Below, piece after piece: positions 9,372-18,735 of a DNA stretch of 32,000 bases. Each line of letters starts with the position of its first letter. The first letter of the stretch is position 1. This DNA is from Zymomonas mobilis subsp. mobilis ATCC 10988. Its GTDB lineage: Bacteria; Pseudomonadota; Alphaproteobacteria; Sphingomonadales; Sphingomonadaceae. Made by a program: the position numbers and the translations under genes. The notes under the pieces are model-generated. The model was not told where the DNA came from. It saw only the letters and a list, made by a program, of their open reading frames with translations, and did no database searches. The DNA lies in NCBI RefSeq assembly GCF_000175255.2, contig NC_017262.1, positions 1,830,001-1,862,000 on the forward strand, written 5' to 3'.

Positions 9372-10382
9372 TTAGAGACCCATTCGGGTCAGATCATGGA
9401 TATGAAGCAGACCAACAGGCTGTTTCGCACCATTTTTACCCAAGATAAACAGACTGGTGATTCGTTTTTCAGTCATCAGAATCAAGGCATCTTCGGCCAT
9501 ATCATCTGCCCGCATGGTTACAGGATCAGACGTCATGACATCTTCTGCCGCGCTTTCCATCAAGTGATCGGCATGACGTCTCAAATCGCCATCGGTAATT
9601 ACACCCATCAATTCGCCTTCGTCATTAACGACACCTGCGCTTCCAAAACTTTTCCGGCTCATGGTTACCAGAACATCGCGCATTGGTTCTTTGCAATGTA
9701 CTAGGGGGAGGGCAGCCCCTTCATGCATCAAACGACTAATCGATTGTAACCGAAATCCTATTTGGCCACCGGGATGCAGTAATTTGAAGGCGTCACGAGA
9801 AAAACCGCGATGCCGCATCATGCTGACTGCCAATGCATCACCCAAAGCCATTGTTAGGGTCGTTGACGTTGTTGGGGCAATATTCGCGGGACAAGCCTCT
9901 TTTAACTCTGGCAAGCGCAAGCTCAAAGTCGCTTCTTTCGGTAACACATCACCCTTCTGAGAGGTGATAACAATGACCGGCACTTGAAGCGTCTGGGCAT
10001 AGCTGATCATTGGCAATAATTCGCGGGTGCGACCGGAAAAAGAAATGGCGATCAAGATATCGCCATTCATCATCATTCCCAAATCGCCATGGGCAGCTTC
10101 CGCCGGATGGATGAAAAAGGCGGAAGAACCCGTGGAAGCTAATGTTGCGGCTATTTTCCGCCCGACATGACCGGATTTTCCGATACCGCTTACAATAATT
10201 CGGCCACGCGTTTCGAGCAGCATCGAGACCGCTTTTGCAAAATCGACACCGATTGAGGCGGCGAGATGATGCATCGCGGTGGCTTCGGACAGGATGACAT
10301 TTCGCCCATGCTTGATAAATTGACTAAAGGAGGGGTCTTGATAAGGGGTAGAGTCATCGACTGTCTGAAGGGATTGTTGCAT
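9372..10382 (-). CDS. kdsD: KpsF/GutQ-family arabinose-5-phosphate isomerase (SIS domain plus tandem CBS domains)
   Basis: 336 aa. The SIS core is GIGKSGHVGRKIAATLASTGSSAFFIHPAEAAHGDLGM. The C-terminal CBS pair is (GVVNDEGELMGVITDGDLRR ... LFILGKNGAKQPVGLLHIHDL). The paralogue assignment (KdsD rather than KpsF) is an inference. Confidence 0.85.
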   Translation of the reverse strand: MQQSLQTVDDSTPYQDPSFSQFIKHGRNVILSEATAMHHLAASIGVDFAKAVSMLLETRGRIIVSGIGKSGHVGRKIAATLASTGSSAFFIHPAEAAHGDLGMMMNGDILIAISFSGRTRELLPMISYAQTLQVPVIVITSQKGDVLPKEATLSLRLPELKEACPANIAPTTSTTLTMALGDALAVSMMRHRGFSRDAFKLLHPGGQIGFRLQSISRLMHEGAALPLVHCKEPMRDVLVTMSRKSFGSAGVVNDEGELMGVITDGDLRRHADHLMESAAEDVMTSDPVTMRADDMAEDALILMTEKRITSLFILGKNGAKQPVGLLHIHDLTRMGL

Positions 10383-10836
10383 ATAAAGCCTCTGCCAAAT
10401 TTTGTGACCATAACCGGATGATTTAATTCTTATAACGAATGAAATTGCAGCTCCGGTCAGGTTGACTTTTTGTTATTTTCTTTTGCGGTATTTTTGTTAT
10501 TTTTTTACAGTTAAAAATAATAAAACACCCTTGAAATTTTCGAAAAATTTTGTCTTAATTGCAGAATATAACGGATATTATTAACTTTGCATAAATTAAC
10601 AAAGTGAAAACATCATCCATTAAGCAAGAAATTTTCTGGCCTTGCCTTGGCTGATTTGAAACGGTTATGAAAAGCTTAATAGGACATTTTTAAAGAGCGA
10701 CAAATAACAAAGTTACCTGCAAAATTGTCATTTTTTATTCATTTCCAAGTCATAAAAGGCTTCCTATCGTGGCCTTTCGGTAAAAACAGCCTGTGATCGT
10801 AGTGATTGTGATTTGAGGAGAGGGTCAGCTAGCCAT

Positions 10837-12159
10837 ATGCAAGAAGAAACAGACGGTCAGAACATGCCTCACCCGGATAAAAAACAAGAGACAATCGAGC
10901 CGTCCTCTGCTCCTTCTCTCTCCAAAAAAGGAAAATTAAAAAGCTGGATCATTTCACTGATCGTCTTGGCTTTGATCTTTCTTTTAATCGCCTATATCAC
11001 CCATAACAACAAGGCAAATACCCAGAAATCCGCCAGCCATGGTCATCATGGAAAATCCTCAAAAATGGGGCCCCCGGGGGATGATGGCGATATGCCGGTA
11101 ACGGTCTCCATCGTCAAAAGCAAAACCGCAGATGTTCCAATCGTGGTCGAAGCTTTGGGGACGGTCACGCCGGTTTCGACGATTACGGTAAAGCCACAGG
11201 TCTCCGGCTATATTAAACGAATTCTCTATACCGAAGGACAGATGGTCAAAGAAGGCCAACCGCTTGCCCTGATTGATCCTCGCCTTTACTCAGCCCAGCT
11301 TGTCCAGAATGAAGGCGCATTACGTCGCGATATTGCCCAGCTTGAGAATGCCCGTATCCAGCTTGCCCGCGATCGGCAGTTAGGCTCTGATTCTATTGCA
11401 AAGCAGGATGTCGATACACAGGCCGCTACCGTCCATCAGTTAGAAGGTACGGTCGAAGCGGATCGCGGTGCTGTTGAATATTCCAAAGTCAATCTCGGTT
11501 ATACGACAATTCCCTCTCCGGTTACCGGACGGGTTGGCTTGCGGCCAATCGATCAGGGGAACTATATCGCCGCTGGCGATAGCAGTGGCGTTGCGGTTGT
11601 CACGTCTCTTGATCCGATTGATGTCGTTTTCACTATGGCACAAGATTTTGTCCCCGAAGTCGAAAAGCAGGTCAGGACAGGTCGCCAGCTAACCGGCACC
11701 GCCTATGACCGGACAAAAACCGAAAATCTTGGGGAAGGGTGGTTGCTGACACTTGATAACCGCATCGACACCACCAGCGGGACAGTGAAGGGCAAAATCC
11801 GTTTTCATAACGCAACGGGGAAATTATTCCCGAACCAGTTTGTGAATATCCATTTGAATGTTGAAACCCTGCGTCAGGTCGTCACCGTGCCGTCAACGGC
11901 TATTCGGGAAGCTGACAATGGAAGCTATGTCTGGTTGGTCGATAAACAACGGAAAGTGCATCGCCATTTTGTAACAACAGGCAACAGCTATGGCGATAAT
12001 ATCGTCATTCTGAAAGGTCTGGATGCCAATCAGTTGGTTGTTACCGAAGGGGGCGATCGCCTGATTGAAAATTCCGAGGTGCAGACTCCAGCGGAATCTT
12101 CCAAGGAAATGAATATCAAACCACGGGATAACGCGACAAAAACGCAGGCTAAATCATAA
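10837..12159 (+). CDS. mdtA: RND efflux membrane fusion (periplasmic adaptor) protein, MdtA-like
   Basis: Track ORF 10813..12159 starts at a TTG. The ATG at 10837 follows GAGGAGAGGG. The product has an N-terminal TM anchor (WIISLIVLALIFLLIAYI), then a lipoyl/beta-barrel MFP pattern (VKPQVSGYIKRILYTEGQMVKEGQPLALIDP ... YTTIPSPVTGRVG). It is the first gene of the mdtABC-type operon. Confidence 0.9.
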   Translation: MQEETDGQNMPHPDKKQETIEPSSAPSLSKKGKLKSWIISLIVLALIFLLIAYITHNNKANTQKSASHGHHGKSSKMGPPGDDGDMPVTVSIVKSKTADVPIVVEALGTVTPVSTITVKPQVSGYIKRILYTEGQMVKEGQPLALIDPRLYSAQLVQNEGALRRDIAQLENARIQLARDRQLGSDSIAKQDVDTQAATVHQLEGTVEADRGAVEYSKVNLGYTTIPSPVTGRVGLRPIDQGNYIAAGDSSGVAVVTSLDPIDVVFTMAQDFVPEVEKQVRTGRQLTGTAYDRTKTENLGEGWLLTLDNRIDTTSGTVKGKIRFHNATGKLFPNQFVNIHLNVETLRQVVTVPSTAIREADNGSYVWLVDKQRKVHRHFVTTGNSYGDNIVILKGLDANQLVVTEGGDRLIENSEVQTPAESSKEMNIKPRDNATKTQAKS

Positions 12160-12198
12160 GATGATCCGTCAAGAAAAAGGTCGCAAGGAATTGGCTGA

Positions 12199-15100
12199 AT
12201 GAACCCTTCACGTCTTTTTATCTTGCGGCCTGTCGCAACCTCGCTGATCGTCATTGCGATTGTGCTAGCTGGCCTGCTCGGCTTTCACTATATGTCGCTT
12301 TCGGCTTTGCCCGAGGTCGATTATCCGACTATTCAGGTTTCAACCCTCTATCCGGGGGCTTCACCTGAAGTTATCAGCCAAACGGTTTCCGCGCCTTTGG
12401 AACGGCAATTCGGGCAGATGTCTGGCCTTTCCCGTATGACCACCAAAAGTGCGGCTGGGGCATCGGTTATCACCTTGCAATTTGGCCTTAATGAAGCCTT
12501 GGATGTTGCAGAGCAGGAAGTGCAGGCGGCCATCAATGCCGCGAACGCCCTGTTACCTGCGGATCTTCCCGCGCCTCCTGTCTATGCCAAGGTCAATCCG
12601 GCAGATTCTCCGGTTCTCACCTTGGCGGCAACCTCTGATACGATGCCACTGACGGATGTCCAAAATCTGGTTCAAACCCGTCTAGCGCAAAAGATTTCAC
12701 AGGTTTCCGGTGTCGGCTTGGTCGAATTATCCGGCGGCCAACGGCCAGCCATGCGGATACAAGCCGATACGCAAGCTTTGGCCAGCTATGGCATTTCGCT
12801 TTCAACGCTTCGAACGGCGATTGATAATGCCAATGCTAATTCTGCTAAAGGTAGCTTCGACGGGCCCACGCGTTCATGGCAAATCAACGCCAATGACCAG
12901 CTTTTGACGGTTGAAGATTATAAAAATCTAATCATCGCTATGCGTAATAATCGTCCGGTTCGGATGAGCGATGTGGCACAGGTTGTCGCAGGGGCTGAAA
13001 ATAATCATCTTGGTGCTTATTATAATATTACACCTGCGGTTATCATCAATGTCCGGCGGCAACCGGGCGCAAATGTGATTGCCACGGTCGATAATATTAA
13101 AAAACAGCTTCCCGAATTGGAGGCCGGATTACCGGCTGGTCTCAAAGTATCAGTCGTCGCTGACCGGACAACGGGTATCCGCGCCTCTATTGAACATGTC
13201 GAGGTTGAGCTTGTCTTGGCCGTCGTCATGGTCATTCTGGTTATTTTCTTCTTTCTTCATTCTATACGGGCAACGCTTATTGCGGCGGTCGCGGTGCCGA
13301 TCTCGCTGATCGGCAGCTTTGCTGCGATGTATATGATGAATTACAGCCTGAATAACCTCTCCTTGATGGCCCTTACCATTGCCTCTGGTTTTGTGGTTGA
13401 TGACGCGATTGTGATGATCGAAAATATCGAACGCCATATCGAGGCCGGCGTGGCGCCTTTTCAGGCGGCGTTAAAGGGGGCGCAGGAAATCGGTTTTACG
13501 ATTATCTCGCTGACTATCTCGCTGATTGCGGTTTTAATCCCGCTTTTGTTTATGAGCGATGTCGTCGGGCGGCTTTTCCGTGAATTTGCGATGACCTTGG
13601 CTATCACTATCCTGATTTCTGCGGTTGTCTCGCTGACATTGACCCCGATGCTATCGGCTCGCCTTTTGGTCGCCCATCGTCATAAAAATCCTATCGGTGA
13701 TCGTATTCAAAAAGGCTTTGAACGGCTCGAATATCATTACGAACATGGCCTTAGATGGGTGCTGGGACATCAAACATTAACGCTTGTCTTAACGATTGTT
13801 ACCTTCATCGGAACGGCTTTATTCTATGTTGCCATTCCAAAAGGTCTCTTCCCGTTACAGGCGACCGGACAGCTTCGGATACAGACCGATACCAGCCCCG
13901 ATGTTTCCTACAGCCGGATGGCCGAATTGCAAAAACAGGCAGCGGCCAAAATATTACAAGACCCAGCGGTTGAAAATTTATCGGTGATGAGCGGTGTTGA
14001 TGGTGTCACCAATAGCGCTCTTAACCAAGGGGTTATGCTGGTTAATTTGAAAGAGGGCATTTCAGATGAACAGCCGGTTATCAAACGCCTTTATCAGGCG
14101 GTTGGTGCTGTTGCAGGCATCCGCGCGCATATCCAACCGGTTCAGGATTTAACGGTCGATACCGATACGGGGCCCACCCGTTTTCGTTTGTCAGTCGAAG
14201 GTGCCGATACCGACAGCGTGCATAAAGCGGCACGCGCTATCGCTGATAGCTTGGGTCAAAGCAAAAAGCTGACAGATGTCTATACTGATGCCGATGCCAA
14301 AGGGGATGCGGTTTACGTCAATATTGACCGCGAAACAGCCAGCCGGTTATCGGTAACCGTTGCCGATATTGATGACACGCTTTATTCCGCTTTTGGTCAG
14401 CGTATTATCTCAACGATTTTCACTGAAACCAACCAATATCGCGTTATTCTCGAAGCCCGTCCCAATCTTTTAAATAGTATTGAATCTTTGGGACATCTCA
14501 ATCTCGCGGGCAGTGGAACATTACCGACGCCTTTAAATGGCTTCTCAACTCTAAAAATAGGCCAAGCCCCGCTGCAAATTATGCATGTGGCGCAATTCCC
14601 AGCCGCAACGGTCGGCTTTGACTTGGCCTCTAATACCGCTTTGGGTGATGGGGTAAAGGCTGTCCGCGCTCAAATTGCCAGACTTGATCTCCCCTCTGGT
14701 ATTACGACGACCTTGCTTGGCGCGGCCAGTGCTTATGAAAAAGCCCTCGGCAACCAGATACTCCTTATCTTTGCGGCTTTGGTTTGCGTCTATATTGTCC
14801 TCGGTGTTCTGTATGAAAGCTATATTCACCCGCTGACTATTCTTTCAACGCTACCTTCCGCCAGTGTCGGTGCCATTCTCGCTTTATGGGTCTCTGGACA
14901 CGATCTCGATATCATCGGGATTATCGGCATCATTTTGTTGATCGGTATCGTCAAGAAAAACGCTATCATGATGATCGACTTTGCGATTGCCGCCGAAAGG
15001 GAGGAAAAGAAATCCCCCGAAGAAGCGATCTTTAATGCGGCAACCTTGCGTTTCAGACCTATCCTGATGACCACTTTGGCCGCCCTTTTTGCAGCCATTC

Positions 15101-15297
15101 CTCTGATGATCGGTCATGGCAGCGGGGCGGAATTGCGCCGTCCTCTTGGTCTTGCGATTTTCGGAGGGCTCTTGGCCTCGCAAATGCTGACCGTCTTTAC
15201 AACGCCGGTGATCTATCTGTTCTTTGACCGTCTGGGACAGAAAATAGCGCATTTCCGCCGTCACAAAGATTCTGAAAACGAGGTAACATCGGCGTGA
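12199..15297 (+). CDS. mdtB: RND multidrug efflux permease MdtB
   Basis: 1032 aa. The N-terminus PSRLFILRPVATSLIVIAIVLAGLLGF...ALPEVDYPTIQVSTLYPGASPEV...APLERQFGQMSGL...VITLQF...DVAEQEVQAAINAA is near-collinear with E. coli MdtB as I recall it. AAGGAA precedes the ATG. Confidence 0.93.
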   Translation: MNPSRLFILRPVATSLIVIAIVLAGLLGFHYMSLSALPEVDYPTIQVSTLYPGASPEVISQTVSAPLERQFGQMSGLSRMTTKSAAGASVITLQFGLNEALDVAEQEVQAAINAANALLPADLPAPPVYAKVNPADSPVLTLAATSDTMPLTDVQNLVQTRLAQKISQVSGVGLVELSGGQRPAMRIQADTQALASYGISLSTLRTAIDNANANSAKGSFDGPTRSWQINANDQLLTVEDYKNLIIAMRNNRPVRMSDVAQVVAGAENNHLGAYYNITPAVIINVRRQPGANVIATVDNIKKQLPELEAGLPAGLKVSVVADRTTGIRASIEHVEVELVLAVVMVILVIFFFLHSIRATLIAAVAVPISLIGSFAAMYMMNYSLNNLSLMALTIASGFVVDDAIVMIENIERHIEAGVAPFQAALKGAQEIGFTIISLTISLIAVLIPLLFMSDVVGRLFREFAMTLAITILISAVVSLTLTPMLSARLLVAHRHKNPIGDRIQKGFERLEYHYEHGLRWVLGHQTLTLVLTIVTFIGTALFYVAIPKGLFPLQATGQLRIQTDTSPDVSYSRMAELQKQAAAKILQDPAVENLSVMSGVDGVTNSALNQGVMLVNLKEGISDEQPVIKRLYQAVGAVAGIRAHIQPVQDLTVDTDTGPTRFRLSVEGADTDSVHKAARAIADSLGQSKKLTDVYTDADAKGDAVYVNIDRETASRLSVTVADIDDTLYSAFGQRIISTIFTETNQYRVILEARPNLLNSIESLGHLNLAGSGTLPTPLNGFSTLKIGQAPLQIMHVAQFPAATVGFDLASNTALGDGVKAVRAQIARLDLPSGITTTLLGAASAYEKALGNQILLIFAALVCVYIVLGVLYESYIHPLTILSTLPSASVGAILALWVSGHDLDIIGIIGIILLIGIVKKNAIMMIDFAIAAEREEKKSPEEAIFNAATLRFRPILMTTLAALFAAIPLMIGHGSGAELRRPLGLAIFGGLLASQMLTVFTTPVIYLFFDRLGQKIAHFRRHKDSENEVTSA

Positions 15298-18200
15298 ATC
15301 TGTCGCGACCCTTTATCTCACGCCCGATCGGGACAACCCTTCTGACCATCGGAATCGCGCTTGCCGGTATTATTGCCTATTTCAAATTACCGGTCGCGCC
15401 ATTACCACAGATTGATTTCCCCGTGATCGTGGTGCAGGCCAGCATGGCCGGTGCCAGCCCCGATACTATGGCAAACAGTATTGCCCAGCCTTTGGAACGG
15501 CGCTTGGGCGTGATTGCTGATGTCACTGAAATGACTTCCACCAGTTCGGTCGGGTCAACTCAAATCGCGTTAGAATTCGGCCTTGATCGCGACATCAATG
15601 GCGCGGCGAGAGAAGTGCAGGCGGCGATCAGTGCGGCCCGCGCTGATTTACCTTCCACTTTACAGAGCAATCCCAGCTATCTCAAAGTAAACCCTTCGAT
15701 GATGCCGGTGATGGTGCTGGCCTTGACCTCGGACAGCAAAACACCGGGACAAATTTATGAAACGGTTTCCAATCTCGTTTCACAAAGACTGTCACAGATT
15801 TCCGGCGTTGGTGAAGTTGAAATTGGCGGCGGCTCCCTGCCGGGCGTTCGGATCGATGTGTCGCCTTATGCCCTTAGTCGTTTTGGCCTTAGCCTAGAAG
15901 ATGTCCGCGCTACCATTGAAAGCGCGAATGCCAACCGCCCAAAAGGTGCCTTGGAAAGTCCAGACGGACATCATTTCCAGATTTACACTAATCAACTGGG
16001 GCGCGATGCCAAACTTTATGGCGATCTGGTGGTGGCGTGGCGCGACGGGACAACGGCCATCCGGTTAAAAGATATCGCCTCTGTCACTGATGGGGTGGCC
16101 GATACCCGTAATCTCGGTCTTTTCAACGGTCATCCTGCGGTCATCGTGTTGATTACCCAACAACCGGGTGCCAATCTTATCAATCTCGTGGATTCACTTC
16201 GGGCTGAATTGCCGCATCTTGAAAAAATGCTGCCATCGGATGTCCATGTTACGGTTGCCAATGATCGCACCAGTTCCATCCGTTCGACCTTAAATGAAGT
16301 CCGGCTCACGCTGATTATTTCGCTGGTTTTGGTGATTGCGGTCGTCGGGGTTTTCCTTCGGAATCTTAGTGCGGTTGTCATTCCGGCGGTGGCGGCCTCG
16401 GTCTCGTTGCTCGGCACTTTTGCGGTGATGTATTTTGCGGGCTTCTCGCTCAACAATCTTTCAATGATGGCGATTATTGTTGCCACCGGATTTGTGATTG
16501 ATGATGCCATCGTGGTGCTCGAAAATATCGCCCGCCATCTTGAAAATGGTATGGGACGCATGGAAGCCGCCTTGCTCGGGGCGCAGGAAGTCGGTTTTAC
16601 CGTTTTGTCGATCAGCCTGTCTTTGGTCGCGGTCTTTATTCCCTTGCTCTTTCTCGGCGGTATCGGGGGACGGCTGTTCCGTGAATTTGCGGTCAGCCTT
16701 TCGGCTGCCGTGCTTATCTCGATGGTCATTTCATTGACCACTACACCCATGATGTGCGCATGGATGCTGTCCCCGCGTAAAGAAGACAAAAAACAGGGAC
16801 GCATTGCTGATTTCTTTGAAAAATCATTTGCTCATGTCGAAAAAGCCTACAGCTATGCTTTGAATTGGGCTTTATCCATGAAGCCTTTGATGCTGGTGCT
16901 TTTCTTATTGGTCTTGGTGCTGACGGTTTATCTTTACGCTGTCGTCCCCAAAAGCTTTTTCCCGCAACAGGATTCACCCATCCTGATGGCAGGGGTGCGC
17001 GCTGACCGTTCTTCTTCTTTCCAAACAATGGAAAAGAAACTGACCAAAACGGTTAATATCCTGCGGCAAGAAAAACAGGTTTCAACGGTCATCGGTTTTA
17101 CGGGCGGTAAACGCTCCGGTAGTGCTTTTTTGATGGTGGAACTGAAACCATGGGGTGAAAGAAAAGAAAAGGCGACAACGGTTATCAATCGGCTTCGTCC
17201 CAAATTGGCGCAGCTTACGGGTATTTCGGTTTTTCTGTCTCCAATGCAGGATTTGCGGATGGGGGCGCGTTCTTCTGACGCCACCTATCAATACACGCTC
17301 ATTTCTGACGATAGTAAAGCGCTCCAAGACTGGGTGCCTAAACTGACACAAGCCTTGCAAACGTCTAATATCCTGACAGATGTTGATAATGATTTGGCTT
17401 TGAATGGTATTGAATCAATGGTCAATATTGACCGTGACAGCGCCAGTCGCCTCGGTATCAGCGCACGCAATGTCGATAATGCGCTTTATGACAGCTTTGG
17501 TCAGCGCCAGATTGCAACGATCTACGAAGATATTAACCAATATCCGGTGGTCTTTGAATGGGCTCCCAAAGATCAACAGGGGCCCCAAGCGCTCCAAAAT
17601 CTTTATATTCCGGCGAATAGTTCGACTAATTCGGCTTCCAGTACGAATACCACGGCTATTGCCGGAACGGGAACCAATGCCGCAGGTGCCACTTCGGTTG
17701 CCAATGACTCTTCGGCTCTTTCGGTCAATTCTACAGGCAGCGGGAATAGCGGTGATGCCAATTCAGCTAATCCGTCTTTGCGTGATCCCTCGACAGGTAG
17801 CGCATTGAACACCTCGGCCAGCACAATGGTGCCATTGCCTGCCATTGCGAAATTCTCGCTTCATGCCACGGATTTATCTATCCAGCATGATAATGGAGAG
17901 GCTGCCGCCACTATTTCGTTCAACTTGAAAAGCGGCCATAATCTCAATGAAGCACAAAGCGAGATTAAGGCAAAAATGGCACAATTGATGGTGCCTGCCA
18001 ATATTCGGGGTAATTTTGCCGGAACGGCCAAATTAGGGAATGATAGTGGCAGCCAAGCCTTGCTCCTTTTAGCGGCGCTGATAACCATCTATATTGTCTT
18101 GGGTATTCTTTACGAAAATCTGATCCATCCGATTACGGTGATTTCTACTTTACCAGCGGCGGGGGTAGGGGCTGTTTTGGCTCTCATGCTCATCCATATG

Positions 18201-18593
18201 GATTTCTCTGTCATCGCTTTGATCGGGGTCTTCCTGTTGATGGGTATCGTCAAAAAGAATGCTATTCTGGTCATTGATGTGGCCTTGCACCTCCAAAGAG
18301 AACAGGGCTTATCTGCGGAAGAAGCCATGCGGCAATCTTGTATTTTGCGCTTCCGTCCTATCATTATGACTACTTTGGCAGCGGCTCTCGGGGTTGTGCC
18401 TTTGGCTATCGGTTTCGGTGAAGGTTCAGAATTTCGCCAACCTCTGGGTGTTACGATTATCGGCGGTTTGGTGGTCAGCCAGATGTTAACGCTGTTTACA
18501 ACGCCGGTTATCTATATCTATTTTGACCGCTTATCTCATTGGCGGCCATGGCGGCGAAAGGCCAAAGCTGAAAATAGGTTGGAGAAAGCATGA
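15294..18593 (+). CDS. mdtC: RND multidrug efflux permease MdtC (with an atypical low-complexity insertion)
   Basis: 1099 aa. The GTG start overlaps the mdtB stop (GTGA). PVAPLPQIDFPVIVVQASMAGASPDTMA...PLERRLG...DINGAAREVQAAI and the C-terminal ...LRFRPIIMTTLAA...TTPVIYIYFDRL match MdtC. It is about 70 aa longer than E. coli MdtC because of the insert at 17616-17826. Confidence 0.93.
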   Translation: MNLSRPFISRPIGTTLLTIGIALAGIIAYFKLPVAPLPQIDFPVIVVQASMAGASPDTMANSIAQPLERRLGVIADVTEMTSTSSVGSTQIALEFGLDRDINGAAREVQAAISAARADLPSTLQSNPSYLKVNPSMMPVMVLALTSDSKTPGQIYETVSNLVSQRLSQISGVGEVEIGGGSLPGVRIDVSPYALSRFGLSLEDVRATIESANANRPKGALESPDGHHFQIYTNQLGRDAKLYGDLVVAWRDGTTAIRLKDIASVTDGVADTRNLGLFNGHPAVIVLITQQPGANLINLVDSLRAELPHLEKMLPSDVHVTVANDRTSSIRSTLNEVRLTLIISLVLVIAVVGVFLRNLSAVVIPAVAASVSLLGTFAVMYFAGFSLNNLSMMAIIVATGFVIDDAIVVLENIARHLENGMGRMEAALLGAQEVGFTVLSISLSLVAVFIPLLFLGGIGGRLFREFAVSLSAAVLISMVISLTTTPMMCAWMLSPRKEDKKQGRIADFFEKSFAHVEKAYSYALNWALSMKPLMLVLFLLVLVLTVYLYAVVPKSFFPQQDSPILMAGVRADRSSSFQTMEKKLTKTVNILRQEKQVSTVIGFTGGKRSGSAFLMVELKPWGERKEKATTVINRLRPKLAQLTGISVFLSPMQDLRMGARSSDATYQYTLISDDSKALQDWVPKLTQALQTSNILTDVDNDLALNGIESMVNIDRDSASRLGISARNVDNALYDSFGQRQIATIYEDINQYPVVFEWAPKDQQGPQALQNLYIPANSSTNSASSTNTTAIAGTGTNAAGATSVANDSSALSVNSTGSGNSGDANSANPSLRDPSTGSALNTSASTMVPLPAIAKFSLHATDLSIQHDNGEAAATISFNLKSGHNLNEAQSEIKAKMAQLMVPANIRGNFAGTAKLGNDSGSQALLLLAALITIYIVLGILYENLIHPITVISTLPAAGVGAVLALMLIHMDFSVIALIGVFLLMGIVKKNAILVIDVALHLQREQGLSAEEAMRQSCILRFRPIIMTTLAAALGVVPLAIGFGEGSEFRQPLGVTIIGGLVVSQMLTLFTTPVIYIYFDRLSHWRPWRRKAKAENRLEKA

Positions 18594-18735
18594 CGGCCTT
18601 CTCCTCCTCGCTGATCCATCAACTATCCTTGCTGCTGATGGATAGGCCGCAGATGGATAGAAGGTCAGAACGCTTGCGAATGGTATCTCAAAAGATATCT
18701 AAAAGGCTGGACGATCCGGCCTCTTCCTGCTGGGT

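Noticed and set aside
10584-10714. TAACAAAGT direct repeat (10597 and 10706) with an inverted ACTTTG (10584), plus TTTTTGTTATTTT twice (about 10469 and 10493), upstream of mdtA; considered as operator sites
   Set aside because: These are short words in a very AT-rich intergenic region. They match no regulator consensus that I can name, and chance recurrence is plausible.
16130-16804. 224-aa minus-strand ORF inside mdtC, plus similar antisense ORFs at 14551-15264, 16741-17360 and 17861-18364
   Set aside because: These are shadow ORFs antisense to strongly recognisable RND permease genes. The products are low-complexity or Arg/Ser-rich with no motifs and no start context.
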